Below, piece after piece: positions 48,692 to 58,614 of a DNA stretch of 64,000 nucleotides (its first letter is position 1; each line of letters starts with the position of its first letter). Position numbers and translations under genes: made by a program. The notes beneath the pieces were generated by a model that saw only the letters and a program-made list of their open reading frames with translations, had not been told where the DNA came from and ran no database searches. Origin of the DNA: an uncultured Candidatus Saccharibacteria bacterium (lineage in GTDB: Bacteria; Patescibacteriota; UBA1384; XYA2-FULL-43-10; 1-14-0-10-43-13); assembly GCA_964543385.1 (NCBI GenBank), contig CAZIYE010000001.1, positions 422,755 through 486,754 of the forward strand, in the 5' to 3' direction.

Positions 48692-49966
48692 TTAAAAATT
48701 AAATATTTTTTCTAGATCTCCTTCAATAATATCAGGTCCAACTAAACTTATAGCCATGCTCTCTTGCTTAAAATATTTATTGCCAACTGCTGTTAAGTCA
48801 GACGGCGTGATCTCTCTATATTTATCAATAATCTGAAGCGGACTTTTTATTTGTGATGAAAGTAATTCATTAGCACCGTATAAATTTGCTAATTCATTTG
48901 TATCCTCGAGACTTATTAGCATGCGACCAGATATTATTTCTTTTGCACGGGCAAATTCTGCGTCTGTAAAACCATTCAGCATCTTCTTATATTCTCTCAA
49001 AATAGCAACCGCTGCTTCCTGCCATCGGTCATTATGAACTCCAGCGTAAGTGTCGATTGCTCCAGTATCCAGATAACTATCTGATGTTGTGCGGACAGCA
49101 TAGGCTAAGCCAAGCTTCTCGCGAATTTCAGTAAACATCCTCGAGCTCATTGATCCGCCTAATATTATACCCAGAAGTTTTAATGCATATTTGTCATCAT
49201 TGTCGCGCGCAGCCCCTCTAAAACCAATGCTAAGATGGGTTTGTTCTGTTTTTCTCTTGACAATGATGCTATTTTTCCTAGTCGGGAGAACAATTGCAGG
49301 ATAATGATGTTTTTCGCCGCTATCAAAAGTGAATTTCTCCTCTATAAGGCTCAACAAATCATTTTCCGCCATAGAAGAAATGTTGCCGACAACTACAACG
49401 ACAATATTTTGACTTTGGTAATAACCCTTCTTATATTTGAGTATAGCTTCCCTGCTGGTTTTACTTATGCTATCACGATAGCCGATGACATCACGTCCAA
49501 GAGAATTCTTACCAAATAATGCCTCTTCAAATTTACTTGAGCATACCTCCATCGGTAGATCCGCATACATGTCATATTCCTGCAGAATAACCAGCTTTTC
49601 CTTGACCAAATCTTCTTTTTTGAATAGAGGATTGACTAATAAGTCAGAGAGAAAGTCAATTGACTTTGCCAAATGTTTAGTGGCAGTTTTAGTATAATAG
49701 CCGGTATACTCTTTGCCAGTAAATGCGTTGTGTTCCCCTCCAATATCTTCAATAAACTCTGCAACTTTTAAAGGTGTTGATCTCTTTTCTGAGCCCTTAT
49801 AGAACATGTGTTCTAGCACATGGGAGATACCTGCTATATTCTCATCCTCATAGCGACTACCAGCTCCGGCCATTACCATAGTAGTAACAACATCTTTAGA
49901 ATTATCAGGAACCAAAATTACACGCAGCCCATCCTTTTGTATATGTTTTTTGTATATTGAATTCAT
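48692..49966 (-). CDS. M16-family (pitrilysin/insulinase-like) zinc peptidase
   Basis: Inverted zinc motif HVLEHMFYKG (HxxEH) plus a downstream Glu; 424 aa. Confidence 0.8.
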   Translation of the reverse strand: MNSIYKKHIQKDGLRVILVPDNSKDVVTTMVMAGAGSRYEDENIAGISHVLEHMFYKGSEKRSTPLKVAEFIEDIGGEHNAFTGKEYTGYYTKTATKHLAKSIDFLSDLLVNPLFKKEDLVKEKLVILQEYDMYADLPMEVCSSKFEEALFGKNSLGRDVIGYRDSISKTSREAILKYKKGYYQSQNIVVVVVGNISSMAENDLLSLIEEKFTFDSGEKHHYPAIVLPTRKNSIIVKRKTEQTHLSIGFRGAARDNDDKYALKLLGIILGGSMSSRMFTEIREKLGLAYAVRTTSDSYLDTGAIDTYAGVHNDRWQEAAVAILREYKKMLNGFTDAEFARAKEIISGRMLISLEDTNELANLYGANELLSSQIKSPLQIIDKYREITPSDLTAVGNKYFKQESMAISLVGPDIIEGDLEKIFNF

Positions 49967-50023
49967 TTAAAATGTACAAATAATAAGATTGTAAAATAAG
50001 TAAACGATAAAATGTATTCAAAT

Positions 50024-50099
50024 GGTACCCGCGGAAGGAATCGGACCTTCGGCCTCACGGACCGCAACCGTGCGCTCTATCCACTGAGCTACGCGGGCA
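50024..50099 (-). tRNA. tRNA-Arg (anticodon read as GCG; atypical T-loop UCCGAUU)
   Basis: Cloverleaf folded by hand: acceptor GCCCGCG/CGCGGGT with a G1-U72 wobble, D-arm GCTCAGTGGATAGAGC, anticodon loop TTGCGGT, encoded CCA. Confidence 0.7.
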
Positions 50100-50117
50100 A
50101 AAATTCTGGATTTGCGA

Positions 50118-50633
50118 TTAAAGCTTCAAAAAACGATTAACAATATCTGAAAAGTCCTCTCCCTTATCCTCATCTTCAGGCAAATATCTCGACAGATAGA
50201 GTCTTATTTGTTCAGGATCAGTTTCAGCAAGAGGCATAGTCAAAACTCCTGCTGCTATTCCATTCATTTGAAATCTTGCCTTGGGGATATCGGACAATGT
50301 CAACCAGAATGATTTGAAATCAGTATAACGATATACCTTATCATCAACCACAACACCCTGATTATAAACTGCGCATTTTACAATCCTTGGCTTGCTCTGA
50401 GATAAAAGTATAAACATGGTCGCAGCAATAAGAACAAGGATCATTCCACTCCACAGCTGCTGATAGTAAAGAATTGCTGCGAGAGATAATGTTACACCCG
50501 CTACGGCAATATACCAAGATATATTTTTACCATAGACTATACGATCTGGTGACTCCCAAATAAATACAGGTTTATCTATTTTTTGGTCAATTTTATCAGC
50601 TCTGTCCTCGATATTTTTCGCCATAAACCCCAC
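50118..50633 (-). CDS. Hypothetical membrane protein (2 TM)
   Basis: 171-aa ORF with two central hydrophobic helices. Confidence 0.45.
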   Translation of the reverse strand: MGFMAKNIEDRADKIDQKIDKPVFIWESPDRIVYGKNISWYIAVAGVTLSLAAILYYQQLWSGMILVLIAATMFILLSQSKPRIVKCAVYNQGVVVDDKVYRYTDFKSFWLTLSDIPKARFQMNGIAAGVLTMPLAETDPEQIRLYLSRYLPEDEDKGEDFSDIVNRFLKL

Positions 50634-50718
50634 TCGTTTATTTATGTCATCATTCTACAAAACTAACAATGTGACCTGCCATGTACCAGGTCTTAATCGT
50701 AGATTAAGCCGCGGTACA

Positions 50719-50808
50719 TGGCGGAGAGGGCGGGATTCGAACCCGCGAGAGGATTACTCCTCTACCTCGTTAGCAGTGAGGCGCTTTCGGCCACTCAGCC
50801 ACCTCTCC
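50719..50808 (-). tRNA. tRNA-Ser (anticodon GCU), long variable arm
   Basis: GGAGAGGTGGCTGAGTGG...CTGCTAA anticodon loop ... GGGTTCGAATCCCGCCCTCTCCGCCA; 90 nt. Confidence 0.85.
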
Positions 50809-50990
50809 AAAATATTTAATATATTGTTACAAAGCTTGAATCAATTGCAACAATAAACCTATTCTTTGCAAATCTTATCATACCGCACTAAAAAAATCCA
50901 TGCTTATAGCTGTTGAAATAATCTTTTAAAAAAGCGATAATACAACTGTATTCTGTAAACATAAATTAGACAAAGAAGTAGGAGATATTT

Positions 50991-51434
50991 ATGTGTGGAG
51001 TCTGTACTGCTGCAGCCTTAGCTGGCGTTGGTCTTTCAAGATGGCTAAAAATAGATGATACGATATCTGGCCTTTGGATTGGCGGAATGTTAATATCTAT
51101 CAGCATCTGGACAGCTAAATGGCTTAGAGATAAATTTCCCAAAATAAGCTTTCCCGGTCTAACACCATTGGTCGGTCTTGCATACTATGCTTTAGTTATT
51201 ATACCTTTTTATCAAAAAGGCATTATTGGGCACCCTAAGAATGTCTTATTTGAGATCGACAAACTTCTTCTGGGCCTAATCGCTGGCAGCATCTTTTTTT
51301 ATCTTGGCGGCGAGCTTTATAAAATTATAAAAGCCAAAAATGGCGGGCACGCTCAATTTCCTTTTCAAAAAGTTGTAATTCCAGTAGCAGTGTTAGCAAT
51401 CTTAAGTGGAATATTTTATTTAATAACAAAGTAA
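50991..51434 (+). CDS. Hypothetical polytopic membrane protein (4 TM)
   Basis: 147-aa hydrophobic ORF. Confidence 0.45.
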   Translation: MCGVCTAAALAGVGLSRWLKIDDTISGLWIGGMLISISIWTAKWLRDKFPKISFPGLTPLVGLAYYALVIIPFYQKGIIGHPKNVLFEIDKLLLGLIAGSIFFYLGGELYKIIKAKNGGHAQFPFQKVVIPVAVLAILSGIFYLITK

Positions 51435-51443
51435 GGATAATTT

Positions 51444-51968
51444 ATGATCACTAAAAGCGTCGACGATTTTATTCAAAAAATAAACAATTCAAAAAAAGAT
51501 AATAAGTTTGACCTTTCCACAGAGGAAGATTTATCTATTGCAATTATGAATTTAATATCAGTAGAGGAACATTTTTTCTTCAGCGCGAAGAAGACAGGTG
51601 ATAATAAATATTTTGATCTACTTAAAGAAGTTCGAGAGATGCGCAAAGACCTGATGAAGAAAATGATAAAAGAATACGAAGGAGAAGTTTGGTGTATTTC
51701 TAAACATCTATTAGCGTCGTCAATGAGATTAATGGAGGTGGGGACAAAACTATTAGGAAAAGGCCAGACCAAAGATTCCGAAGAAATGTTTGAAAAATCT
51801 TACAATCTTTATTCTCTTTTTTGGGGCCTCAACCTTAACGTAATAAAAACAGATGAGATAAAAAAGATCGACGACGGCAAGCTTGATAAAACCGATAAAA
51901 AACAGAATACTGTTTTTAATAAGCTCGGAGTACTAGTTCAAAAGGCAATCGATTGCTGTAGAGAATAG
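51444..51968 (+). CDS. Hypothetical soluble protein (174 aa)
   Basis: ORF only. Confidence 0.45.
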   Translation: MITKSVDDFIQKINNSKKDNKFDLSTEEDLSIAIMNLISVEEHFFFSAKKTGDNKYFDLLKEVREMRKDLMKKMIKEYEGEVWCISKHLLASSMRLMEVGTKLLGKGQTKDSEEMFEKSYNLYSLFWGLNLNVIKTDEIKKIDDGKLDKTDKKQNTVFNKLGVLVQKAIDCCRE

Positions 51969-52055
51969 CGACCATAGAGTGACAAGTTGACGTTGACTCG
52001 ACGACTATTTCTGTGATTAAATTAACTCATTAGTATTAGATTTTAAAGAGGGAAC

Positions 52056-52649
52056 ATGACTGAGTGGATAACAACCAAGGAAGCTGGAGAGATCTTAGGC
52101 GTCAGCATTAGGACTATTCAAAGATATGTGGAAAAAGGTAAATTAAAGACCAAAGTTATATCTGGCAAAAATTCAGTAAAAAAAGATGCTATTGTTAAAC
52201 TCAAGCCTGAAAGCCAAACCCCTGGTACAACAAATCAAGAGACTAATAATGGACAGAAGGTTCAGTCAAATCATAGCTGGCAGATACCAGATGGATACTT
52301 ATTAATTGATAAATCGACCCTTGAGAGCTTAAGAGAACAGATAAAAAAACTGACAGACAGCGTCGGAGAAATGCAACTAACGCAAAAACTTCTAATTGAA
52401 AAGGGGTTAAACTTAAAAGAAAACAATAGCGAAGAGCTATCTCTAGGAGAGTCAACACCGCTATCCTCAATACAGCCCGAATCTTCATTAATTGACACAC
52501 CCATTGAGAGTGTAGCAAAAGCCCACGAGGACTTTTTTGGCAAAAAGAAAAACAACGGGTTAAATTTACTTTGGATTATTCCCTCTGTAATAGTGGGCTT
52601 AATAATAGTAATATTGATTATCAATTCATTTGCCGGCATATCACTTTAG
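52056..52649 (+). CDS. Membrane-anchored helix-turn-helix protein (excisionase/MerR-like HTH, C-terminal TM)
   Basis: TTKEAGEILGVSIRTIQRYVEKGKL is a classic HTH_17-type motif. C-terminal LLWIIPSVIVGLIIVILIINSF is a TM helix. Confidence 0.55.
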   Translation: MTEWITTKEAGEILGVSIRTIQRYVEKGKLKTKVISGKNSVKKDAIVKLKPESQTPGTTNQETNNGQKVQSNHSWQIPDGYLLIDKSTLESLREQIKKLTDSVGEMQLTQKLLIEKGLNLKENNSEELSLGESTPLSSIQPESSLIDTPIESVAKAHEDFFGKKKNNGLNLLWIIPSVIVGLIIVILIINSFAGISL

Positions 52650-52664
52650 CCAACAGTTCTAGAG

Positions 52665-53288
52665 CTAATACTGCTCCAAACGCTCGTTAACCTTTGGCCA
52701 ATTTACCACTTGCCAGAAATTATTAGCGTATGACTTTTTATCATTCTTGTAGTCTATATAATAAGCGTGTTCCCACATATCTAAAACTAATAGTATTTTT
52801 TGTTCAGGGGATAAATTTAAGTTATGATTACCTATCTGAAAAATTAGTAGGCGACGCGTCAGGACATCGTACGTCAATATTGCCCAACCCGAACCCTCGA
52901 TTGTCGTGGCGCATTCAGTAAATTCTGAAATGAATCTCTCCAGATCACCAAATTCAGAGTCAAGCATATCTATGATCTTATTCTTTGGCTTTTCAAATTG
53001 AGAAATTGGTATTAAATTTTCCCAGAATAGATTATGCAGGACACTACCACCTATATTAAAAGATAGTTTCTTAGCGACAACACCAACATCTATCTCATCA
53101 CCATCGGCTCTAGAGTCGTCAACTTTTTTTAATAATTCGTTACTTTTTTCTATGTATACTCTATGATGCTTGTTATAGTGAACGTCTGTTTGTTGCCTAG
53201 ACAAGACAGGCTCCAAGGCATCTAAATCATAGTGTAACACTGGTAAATTATAAAATTTATTATTCATAAATATCCTCATATTATCCAT
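52665..53288 (-). CDS. sodA: Fe/Mn superoxide dismutase
   Basis: LPYDYDALEP-like LHYDLDALEP, HYNKHH, DMWEHAYY metal-ligand motifs; 207 aa. Confidence 0.85.
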   Translation of the reverse strand: MDNMRIFMNNKFYNLPVLHYDLDALEPVLSRQQTDVHYNKHHRVYIEKSNELLKKVDDSRADGDEIDVGVVAKKLSFNIGGSVLHNLFWENLIPISQFEKPKNKIIDMLDSEFGDLERFISEFTECATTIEGSGWAILTYDVLTRRLLIFQIGNHNLNLSPEQKILLVLDMWEHAYYIDYKNDKKSYANNFWQVVNWPKVNERLEQY

Positions 53289-53519
53289 AAAAGAAGATAC
53301 AATCTTACAATAATAATTTATATGGTCAATATAACAACAGAGGGGAACTAGCGACGATTACGTATTTTAAAATTTGAAAAGCGCTGGCAAATTTTAGATA
53401 TACAAACATCCAGCGAAAGTTGAATTTATCAATAAAAAATGTTATTATCTTTAAAGATTAAGCACGGATAATTAATTGCCAAGATATCGCAATCTATTAT
53501 CTACACGATTCAGCTACCT

Positions 53520-53607
53520 GGAGAGGTCGCATAGTGGTCTAGTGCGGCGGTCTTGAAAACCGCTGAGCCGCAAGGTTCCGTGGGTTCGAATCCCACCCTC
53601 TCCGCCA
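53520..53607 (+). tRNA. tRNA-Ser (anticodon UGA), long variable arm
   Basis: GGAGAGGTCGCATAGTGG ... CTTGAAA anticodon loop ... GGGTTCGAATCCCACCCTCTCCGCCA. Confidence 0.85.
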
Positions 53608-53643
53608 AAAACAAGTTACTCGTTTCGAGTGACTTGTTTTTGT
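53608..53643 (+). terminator. Terminator hairpin after tRNA-Ser (ACAAGTTACTCG/CGAGTGACTTGT plus T-run)
   Basis: Near-perfect 11-bp inverted repeat with one mismatch, followed by TTTTTG. Confidence 0.55.
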
Positions 53644-53843
53644 GGTTAGAATTTGGACAGAAAAATGACAGTCTTTTAACGTCATTTTTTAGTTAAGGCT
53701 ATATACAAAACACTTTGTTGTTTTGATACCTTACTACAGAATGGGGGAGAAAGCTAATTTTGAAAGCGAAACTTCTAGCATAGAAGTTGAAGGTGAAAAC
53801 CCTTCCTCCTCCGCCATCCTAAAATACTGTTTCAAAATAAGCA

Positions 53844-54551
53844 CTAAATATTTCTCGTCACCACAGCTCCATATATCCTCTTAGCCCCTGCTTGTTTTAA
53901 AATCCTGGCACATTCGCTAAGAGTAGCTCCTGTTGTAAAAACATCATCAATCAACAATATATTCTTACCAAAAACAAATTCATTATCATCACATTTGAAG
54001 GCGTCTATCATATTATTATATCTACCACTTCTTTGTAATTTTACTTGATTCTTAGTATTTTTAATTCTTATTAACGCATCAGCACCAGATATGCATAGCC
54101 TTTTAGATAAATACCTTGCAATTAATTCAGATTGGTTGAACCCACGTATGTTATATTTTAGGCGATGCAAAGGAACGGGAACTATCACTATATCGGTTGG
54201 AATATCCATATTTTTAATACGCTGATAGATTAGTTCTCCACATATGTCAGATAGACCGGTAAGCCCATGATATTTAAAGCTTTTTATCAGCTGCTTAACT
54301 ATGAGCGAATGATAGCTAGTCGCAACATATACCGAGAAAAGATGACTGTTATTTTTATTCCTGCAACGAGGACAAAACCTTGAATTTACCGATATTCTTC
54401 CACACCCAGGACAGGTTGAAGTGGCTGTTTTTTCTACGTTAGAAAGGCAATTGCAACATAAGAGATACCCATATTCTCCACAAAATATACACTTGTTTGG
54501 AAAGAATAAATTTATAATATTTTCGTAGGTTTTATTTAGCCAAAGGTGCAT
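53844..54551 (-). CDS. comF: ComF-family protein (N-terminal zinc ribbon plus phosphoribosyltransferase domain)
   Basis: CxxC...CxxC...CxxC zinc finger, PRT motif ILLIDDVFTTGATL; 235 aa. Confidence 0.7.
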   Translation of the reverse strand: MHLWLNKTYENIINLFFPNKCIFCGEYGYLLCCNCLSNVEKTATSTCPGCGRISVNSRFCPRCRNKNNSHLFSVYVATSYHSLIVKQLIKSFKYHGLTGLSDICGELIYQRIKNMDIPTDIVIVPVPLHRLKYNIRGFNQSELIARYLSKRLCISGADALIRIKNTKNQVKLQRSGRYNNMIDAFKCDDNEFVFGKNILLIDDVFTTGATLSECARILKQAGAKRIYGAVVTRNI

Positions 54552-54690
54552 TTGAGGTCATTTTACCGTTAAAAAATTTTATGCGCAATTATCCACTACT
54601 TTTATGTAGTTGACTATTTTCTCCATTAATTTATAATTAGAATATGTTATTGTGATATTTGCTTATTTTTCCTAGTTCCTAAAGGAGGGA

Positions 54691-55065
54691 ATGATGAAAG
54701 ATGGGGGCCAAGATTGGCTTTCAGATGAAACCGAGGGACAGCTTTCTGTAGATGTTTACCATGATGAGCATAGCATCTATATCTTAGCCCCTATTGCTGG
54801 CGTCAAAGCATCTGACGTCGATATTTCTATTACTGACGAAGTTGTTACAGTAAAAGGCAATAGGACCCCTGGCCATGAGTTCGATGATGATAAACATTTC
54901 ACACAAGAATGTTATTGGGGCCCATTTTCCCGCTCTTATGTATTACCTATCGCTGTAAACTCCGAAAGCGCTAAGGCAACACTAAAAGATGGTTTGCTTC
55001 GGATTGAAATACCAAAAGACGAAAAAGTTAAAACTAAAGTTATAAAGATTAATGAGTCGAAATAA
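54691..55065 (+). CDS. Hsp20/alpha-crystallin small heat-shock protein
   Basis: ACD core (ITDEVVTVKG ... GLLRIEIPK) with I-x-I-like C-terminus; 124 aa. Confidence 0.85.
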   Translation: MMKDGGQDWLSDETEGQLSVDVYHDEHSIYILAPIAGVKASDVDISITDEVVTVKGNRTPGHEFDDDKHFTQECYWGPFSRSYVLPIAVNSESAKATLKDGLLRIEIPKDEKVKTKVIKINESK

Positions 55066-55188
55066 TTATCCGTTGATTTTTTAAGGGCTATTACTTTAAA
55101 CTAGCTCTTTTTTTATGTTATAATTATTTCACATAAGCAATGATTACTATTTTGCTTAGAAAATCTAGACAAAGTTAAGAGAGGTACC

Positions 55189-56073
55189 ATGAGAAAAATT
55201 AGAAAAGCAGTAATTCCAGCTGCCGGCTACGGCACACGTTTTTTGCCAGTTACCAAGGCAATGCCAAAAGAAATGTTGCCCATCGTAGATAAGCCCGTTA
55301 TTCAATATGTTGTCGAGGAACTAGTGGAAGCGGGGATTGAACAAATTATAATTGTAACCGGCTGGCACAAGAGAGCTATCGAGGATCATTTTGACAGGCA
55401 CCTTGAACTCGAATATAAGCTCAAAGAGAGTGGTAAACTAGAACAATTAGAAGAAATAAAAAAGCTATCTGAGATGGCCGAATTTGTATATGTAAGACAA
55501 AGACAACAAAGGGGGAATGGCGATGCAATCCTAACAGCAAAGAATATAGTAGGGGACGAACCATTTATTGTTTTTTGGGGAGACGATTTTATTTCAGCAG
55601 AACCAAGTAGGGCTAGACAACTTATTAGCGCTTACGATAAATATCAAACCACAATACTAGGAGGAGTCAGGACCAATGACCCTGCAGACGCTAAAAAATA
55701 TGGTTTTGCTAAAGGGATAGAAATGGCTGATGGAGCTATAAAAATAGAAGAACTTATTGAAAAGCCCGGTATGGATAAAATGCCTTCAAACCTTGCCATA
55801 GTTTCTGGACAAGTTTATTCTCCGGACATTTTTAGCGCACTAGAGAGTATTAATGTCAGAGAAGGGGAAGAATTAGTCTACATCGACGGGGTCAATAAAT
55901 TAAGAGAAGAAGGAAAAGATGCTTACGCCGTTGAAATAAAGAACGGTAAATATTATGATTGTGGTAATGTTGATCAATATTTAAAGACCAATATAGAAAT
56001 TGCCCTTAAAAGACGGGGTAAAGACAGTGATCTTGCAGATTTTATAAGAAAAATTGCACAAGAAATTGAATGA
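55189..56073 (+). CDS. galU: UTP--glucose-1-phosphate uridylyltransferase
   Basis: KAVIPAAGYGTRFLPVTKAMPKEMLP is a canonical GalU N-terminus; 294 aa. Confidence 0.9.
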   Translation: MRKIRKAVIPAAGYGTRFLPVTKAMPKEMLPIVDKPVIQYVVEELVEAGIEQIIIVTGWHKRAIEDHFDRHLELEYKLKESGKLEQLEEIKKLSEMAEFVYVRQRQQRGNGDAILTAKNIVGDEPFIVFWGDDFISAEPSRARQLISAYDKYQTTILGGVRTNDPADAKKYGFAKGIEMADGAIKIEELIEKPGMDKMPSNLAIVSGQVYSPDIFSALESINVREGEELVYIDGVNKLREEGKDAYAVEIKNGKYYDCGNVDQYLKTNIEIALKRRGKDSDLADFIRKIAQEIE

Positions 56074-56110
56074 TAATATAATGCGTCTCAGAAATGAGGC
56101 TGGAGGGTAG

Positions 56111-57487
56111 ATGAAACACTTTTTCAAAATTTCTAGCTATATCCTAATAGCAATATTTTTTTCTATTGCGCTTTCCGGCTGTACAAAGAAGGACAAAGAA
56201 GATCCAAAAGCTAAAGAGATTATCGTTTGGAGTTTTGAAGACGAAGATATTTGGAAGCCTGTAGCCAAGACATTTGCTACAAAGTACAAAGGCTATAAAC
56301 TGATCTATCAGAAACAAACATTTGACTCTGATTATGAGAATCGTGTATTAAATTCTATTTTATCTAATCAAGGTCCAGACGTCTGGAATATGCCCAGTGA
56401 CTGGGTTTACAGACACAAAGACAAGTTAGCTTCTATCTCTAAGAAGGGGATTGGCATAGATAAATATATCCAATCTATCAATCAATCGGTGACATTTGAT
56501 GAAAAAGTTTACGCTCTTTCTCCATATGCAGAACCATTGATGGTATATTACAACCCAAAAATATTTGAGAATGCCCTCCGTGAATATAACGATGCAAATA
56601 CAGGATCTGAGAACATCGAAAACCGCAAAGAAGCAAGCAGACTCCTGAGAGAGGTTCCTCAAACATGGACCGATTTTATAAAAACAGTCAATTTAATAAC
56701 AAAGATAGATCAAGACAACCAATTTGAAATTTCTGGGGTAGCAATGGGAACAGATAAAATATCAAATTCTGCTGACATCCTTTACCTTTTAATGCTAGAA
56801 AATGAGACCAAAATATTGTCAGATAATTTAAAACAAGCAAATTTTAATCTGCCGGTAGACACCGCACAAGAAACAAAAGATATACCAGGACTTAGAGCAT
56901 TAGAGTTTTATACCTCATTTTCTGATCCATCCAGTGAGAATTATTCTTGGGATGACTCCTTGGGAAATGATATTGAGGCTTTTGTAGAAGGCAAAACGGC
57001 AATGATTTTTGGCTATAGTTCACTTCAGAATCACCTCTCGCAGAAATACCCAAATTTTAGATATAAAAGAGCTTTTACTCCGCAGCTAACTGCAGAATCA
57101 TCCAAGGTAGTAGACTATGCTAAAAGTAATGTCTTCGCTGTAACTGCCTTAACCTCTAAATATGCCGAGAAGCCAAAGGCATGTTGGAATCTTCTTAATA
57201 TATTATCTAGTGAATCCCCCGCAGATAGCTTTAATTCTGCGCTCAAAGTTCATACATCAATAAAAGCTTCTGGTGATGTAGATTTTGGAGACAGAAATAC
57301 CAATAGCCCTGAAAAAGTTTCTCTTGCCACTGCAAAATCTCTGGTTAAAGGAAGGGACCCGGTAGAATTTGATAGGATCATAAGACAGAGCATAGCCGCA
57401 GTCAATCAAGGGGATCAAGATCTACAATCAGCGCTAGACACAGCAGCAAGAGACATTACAGATATTCTTCGTAAAGAAAATTGGTAA
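56111..57487 (+). CDS. Lipoprotein, extracellular solute-binding-protein-like (SBP family 1?), first gene of the operon containing the small two-TM paralogs
   Basis: Lipobox ALSGC after the signal peptide; mixed alpha/beta sequence of SBP size (458 aa); no adjacent permease. Confidence 0.5.
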   Translation: MKHFFKISSYILIAIFFSIALSGCTKKDKEDPKAKEIIVWSFEDEDIWKPVAKTFATKYKGYKLIYQKQTFDSDYENRVLNSILSNQGPDVWNMPSDWVYRHKDKLASISKKGIGIDKYIQSINQSVTFDEKVYALSPYAEPLMVYYNPKIFENALREYNDANTGSENIENRKEASRLLREVPQTWTDFIKTVNLITKIDQDNQFEISGVAMGTDKISNSADILYLLMLENETKILSDNLKQANFNLPVDTAQETKDIPGLRALEFYTSFSDPSSENYSWDDSLGNDIEAFVEGKTAMIFGYSSLQNHLSQKYPNFRYKRAFTPQLTAESSKVVDYAKSNVFAVTALTSKYAEKPKACWNLLNILSSESPADSFNSALKVHTSIKASGDVDFGDRNTNSPEKVSLATAKSLVKGRDPVEFDRIIRQSIAAVNQGDQDLQSALDTAARDITDILRKENW

Positions 57488-57493
57488 AAACTG

Positions 57494-57904
57494 ATGGGTA
57501 AAGAAATGTCAAAAAATAAAAAGACGAATCATCGCCTTAAAATTATAACCATGTTTATAATTGCGGCTTTCTTAATTTCGATAGCTCTTGTCTTTTTATT
57601 TCCTGAGTTTGAAGCGAGTAGCAGTGATGTTTTACCTTCTGGGATTGATCTGGGTGCTCCTATTCCAGGCTCTGGAGCAACTAGCAATTTCTTTGAATAT
57701 GTTACTGCTATAGTTGCATTCTGTACTAATATTCTTGGGCCAGTACTCGCGATAGCAATGATTATTTATGGAGGATATCGATACATCTTCTCCCAAGGAG
57801 ATAGCACCGCCTTGACAGAAGGAAAAGACATTATCTTCGGCGCTATTATTGGCTATGCGATTCTTTTTCTGACAAAACTCATAATAAATATTATTGGGGT
57901 TTAA
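57494..57904 (+). CDS. VirB2/TrbC-like two-TM small protein, paralog 1 (candidate pilin)
   Basis: N-terminal signal/TM, then two hydrophobic helices separated by a short K/G-rich loop (..ILGPVLAIAMIIYGGYRYIFSQGD...KDIIFGAIIGYAILFL..). Confidence 0.55.
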   Translation: MGKEMSKNKKTNHRLKIITMFIIAAFLISIALVFLFPEFEASSSDVLPSGIDLGAPIPGSGATSNFFEYVTAIVAFCTNILGPVLAIAMIIYGGYRYIFSQGDSTALTEGKDIIFGAIIGYAILFLTKLIINIIGV

Positions 57905-57912
57905 CTATATTA

Positions 57913-58275
57913 ATGAAAAAAGTTATTATTGAAAAAATATACTATGCCTCGTTACTAACAATAGTAATACTAGCGTCTTTTTCAACTGCAAAGGCTGCCA
58001 CAGGCATCGAGATTAATAGTGGATCGAGCATGGATAGCCTGCCCGCTATATTAGAATGGCTTATAAATGTATTTTTAGTTGGAATTTTAGGAATAATTGC
58101 CTTTGTTGCATTCCTTGTTGGAGGATTTATGTATCTTCTAGCTGGTTCAGACGCTGCTAAAGCCGAAAAAGGGAAGAAGACTTTAGCTTATGCTGTCACA
58201 GGCATGATTTTAGCAATTTTCTCTTATTCTTTCACTTCCATAATAGTAGATATTTTGAATAATATTTTCCAATGA
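57913..58275 (+). CDS. VirB2/TrbC-like two-TM small protein, paralog 2
   Basis: Same architecture as paralog 1 (GILGIIAFVAFLVGGFMYLLAGSD..KAEKGKK..VTGMILAIFSY). Confidence 0.55.
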   Translation: MKKVIIEKIYYASLLTIVILASFSTAKAATGIEINSGSSMDSLPAILEWLINVFLVGILGIIAFVAFLVGGFMYLLAGSDAAKAEKGKKTLAYAVTGMILAIFSYSFTSIIVDILNNIFQ

Positions 58276-58610
58276 TCAAATTAATAGAAAAAGTAAGTGC
58301 AGAAGTAAAAGTTAATTCCGATCCCATGCCAGATGGGATACTTGGTTTTGTCCGTCAATTTGGTGGTACAGAGGCAAGCTTGGGTTCCGTAGTAGCAATG
58401 ATAGAGAAAGCGATTGAAGTAGGGCTCACTTTTGCCGGTGTCTTTGCTTTAATAATGTTTTTGTGGGGAGCATTCGACTATATGTTTTCTTTAGGTGATG
58501 ACGAAAAAGTTAAAAAATCTAGCCAAACCATGCTTTGGTCATTCATAGGTCTTGTAATTATTGCTGCTGCGCGTACAATATTAAATAGAGTAATTGATTT
58601 ATTAAAATGA
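58272..58610 (+). CDS. VirB2/TrbC-like two-TM small protein, paralog 3
   Basis: Same architecture; 4-bp overlap with paralog 2. Confidence 0.55.
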   Translation: MIKLIEKVSAEVKVNSDPMPDGILGFVRQFGGTEASLGSVVAMIEKAIEVGLTFAGVFALIMFLWGAFDYMFSLGDDEKVKKSSQTMLWSFIGLVIIAAARTILNRVIDLLK

Positions 58611-58614
58611 GGAG

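Noticed and set aside
50644-50856. 70-aa ORF on the + strand
   Set aside because: It is antisense over tRNA-Ser(GCU); spurious.
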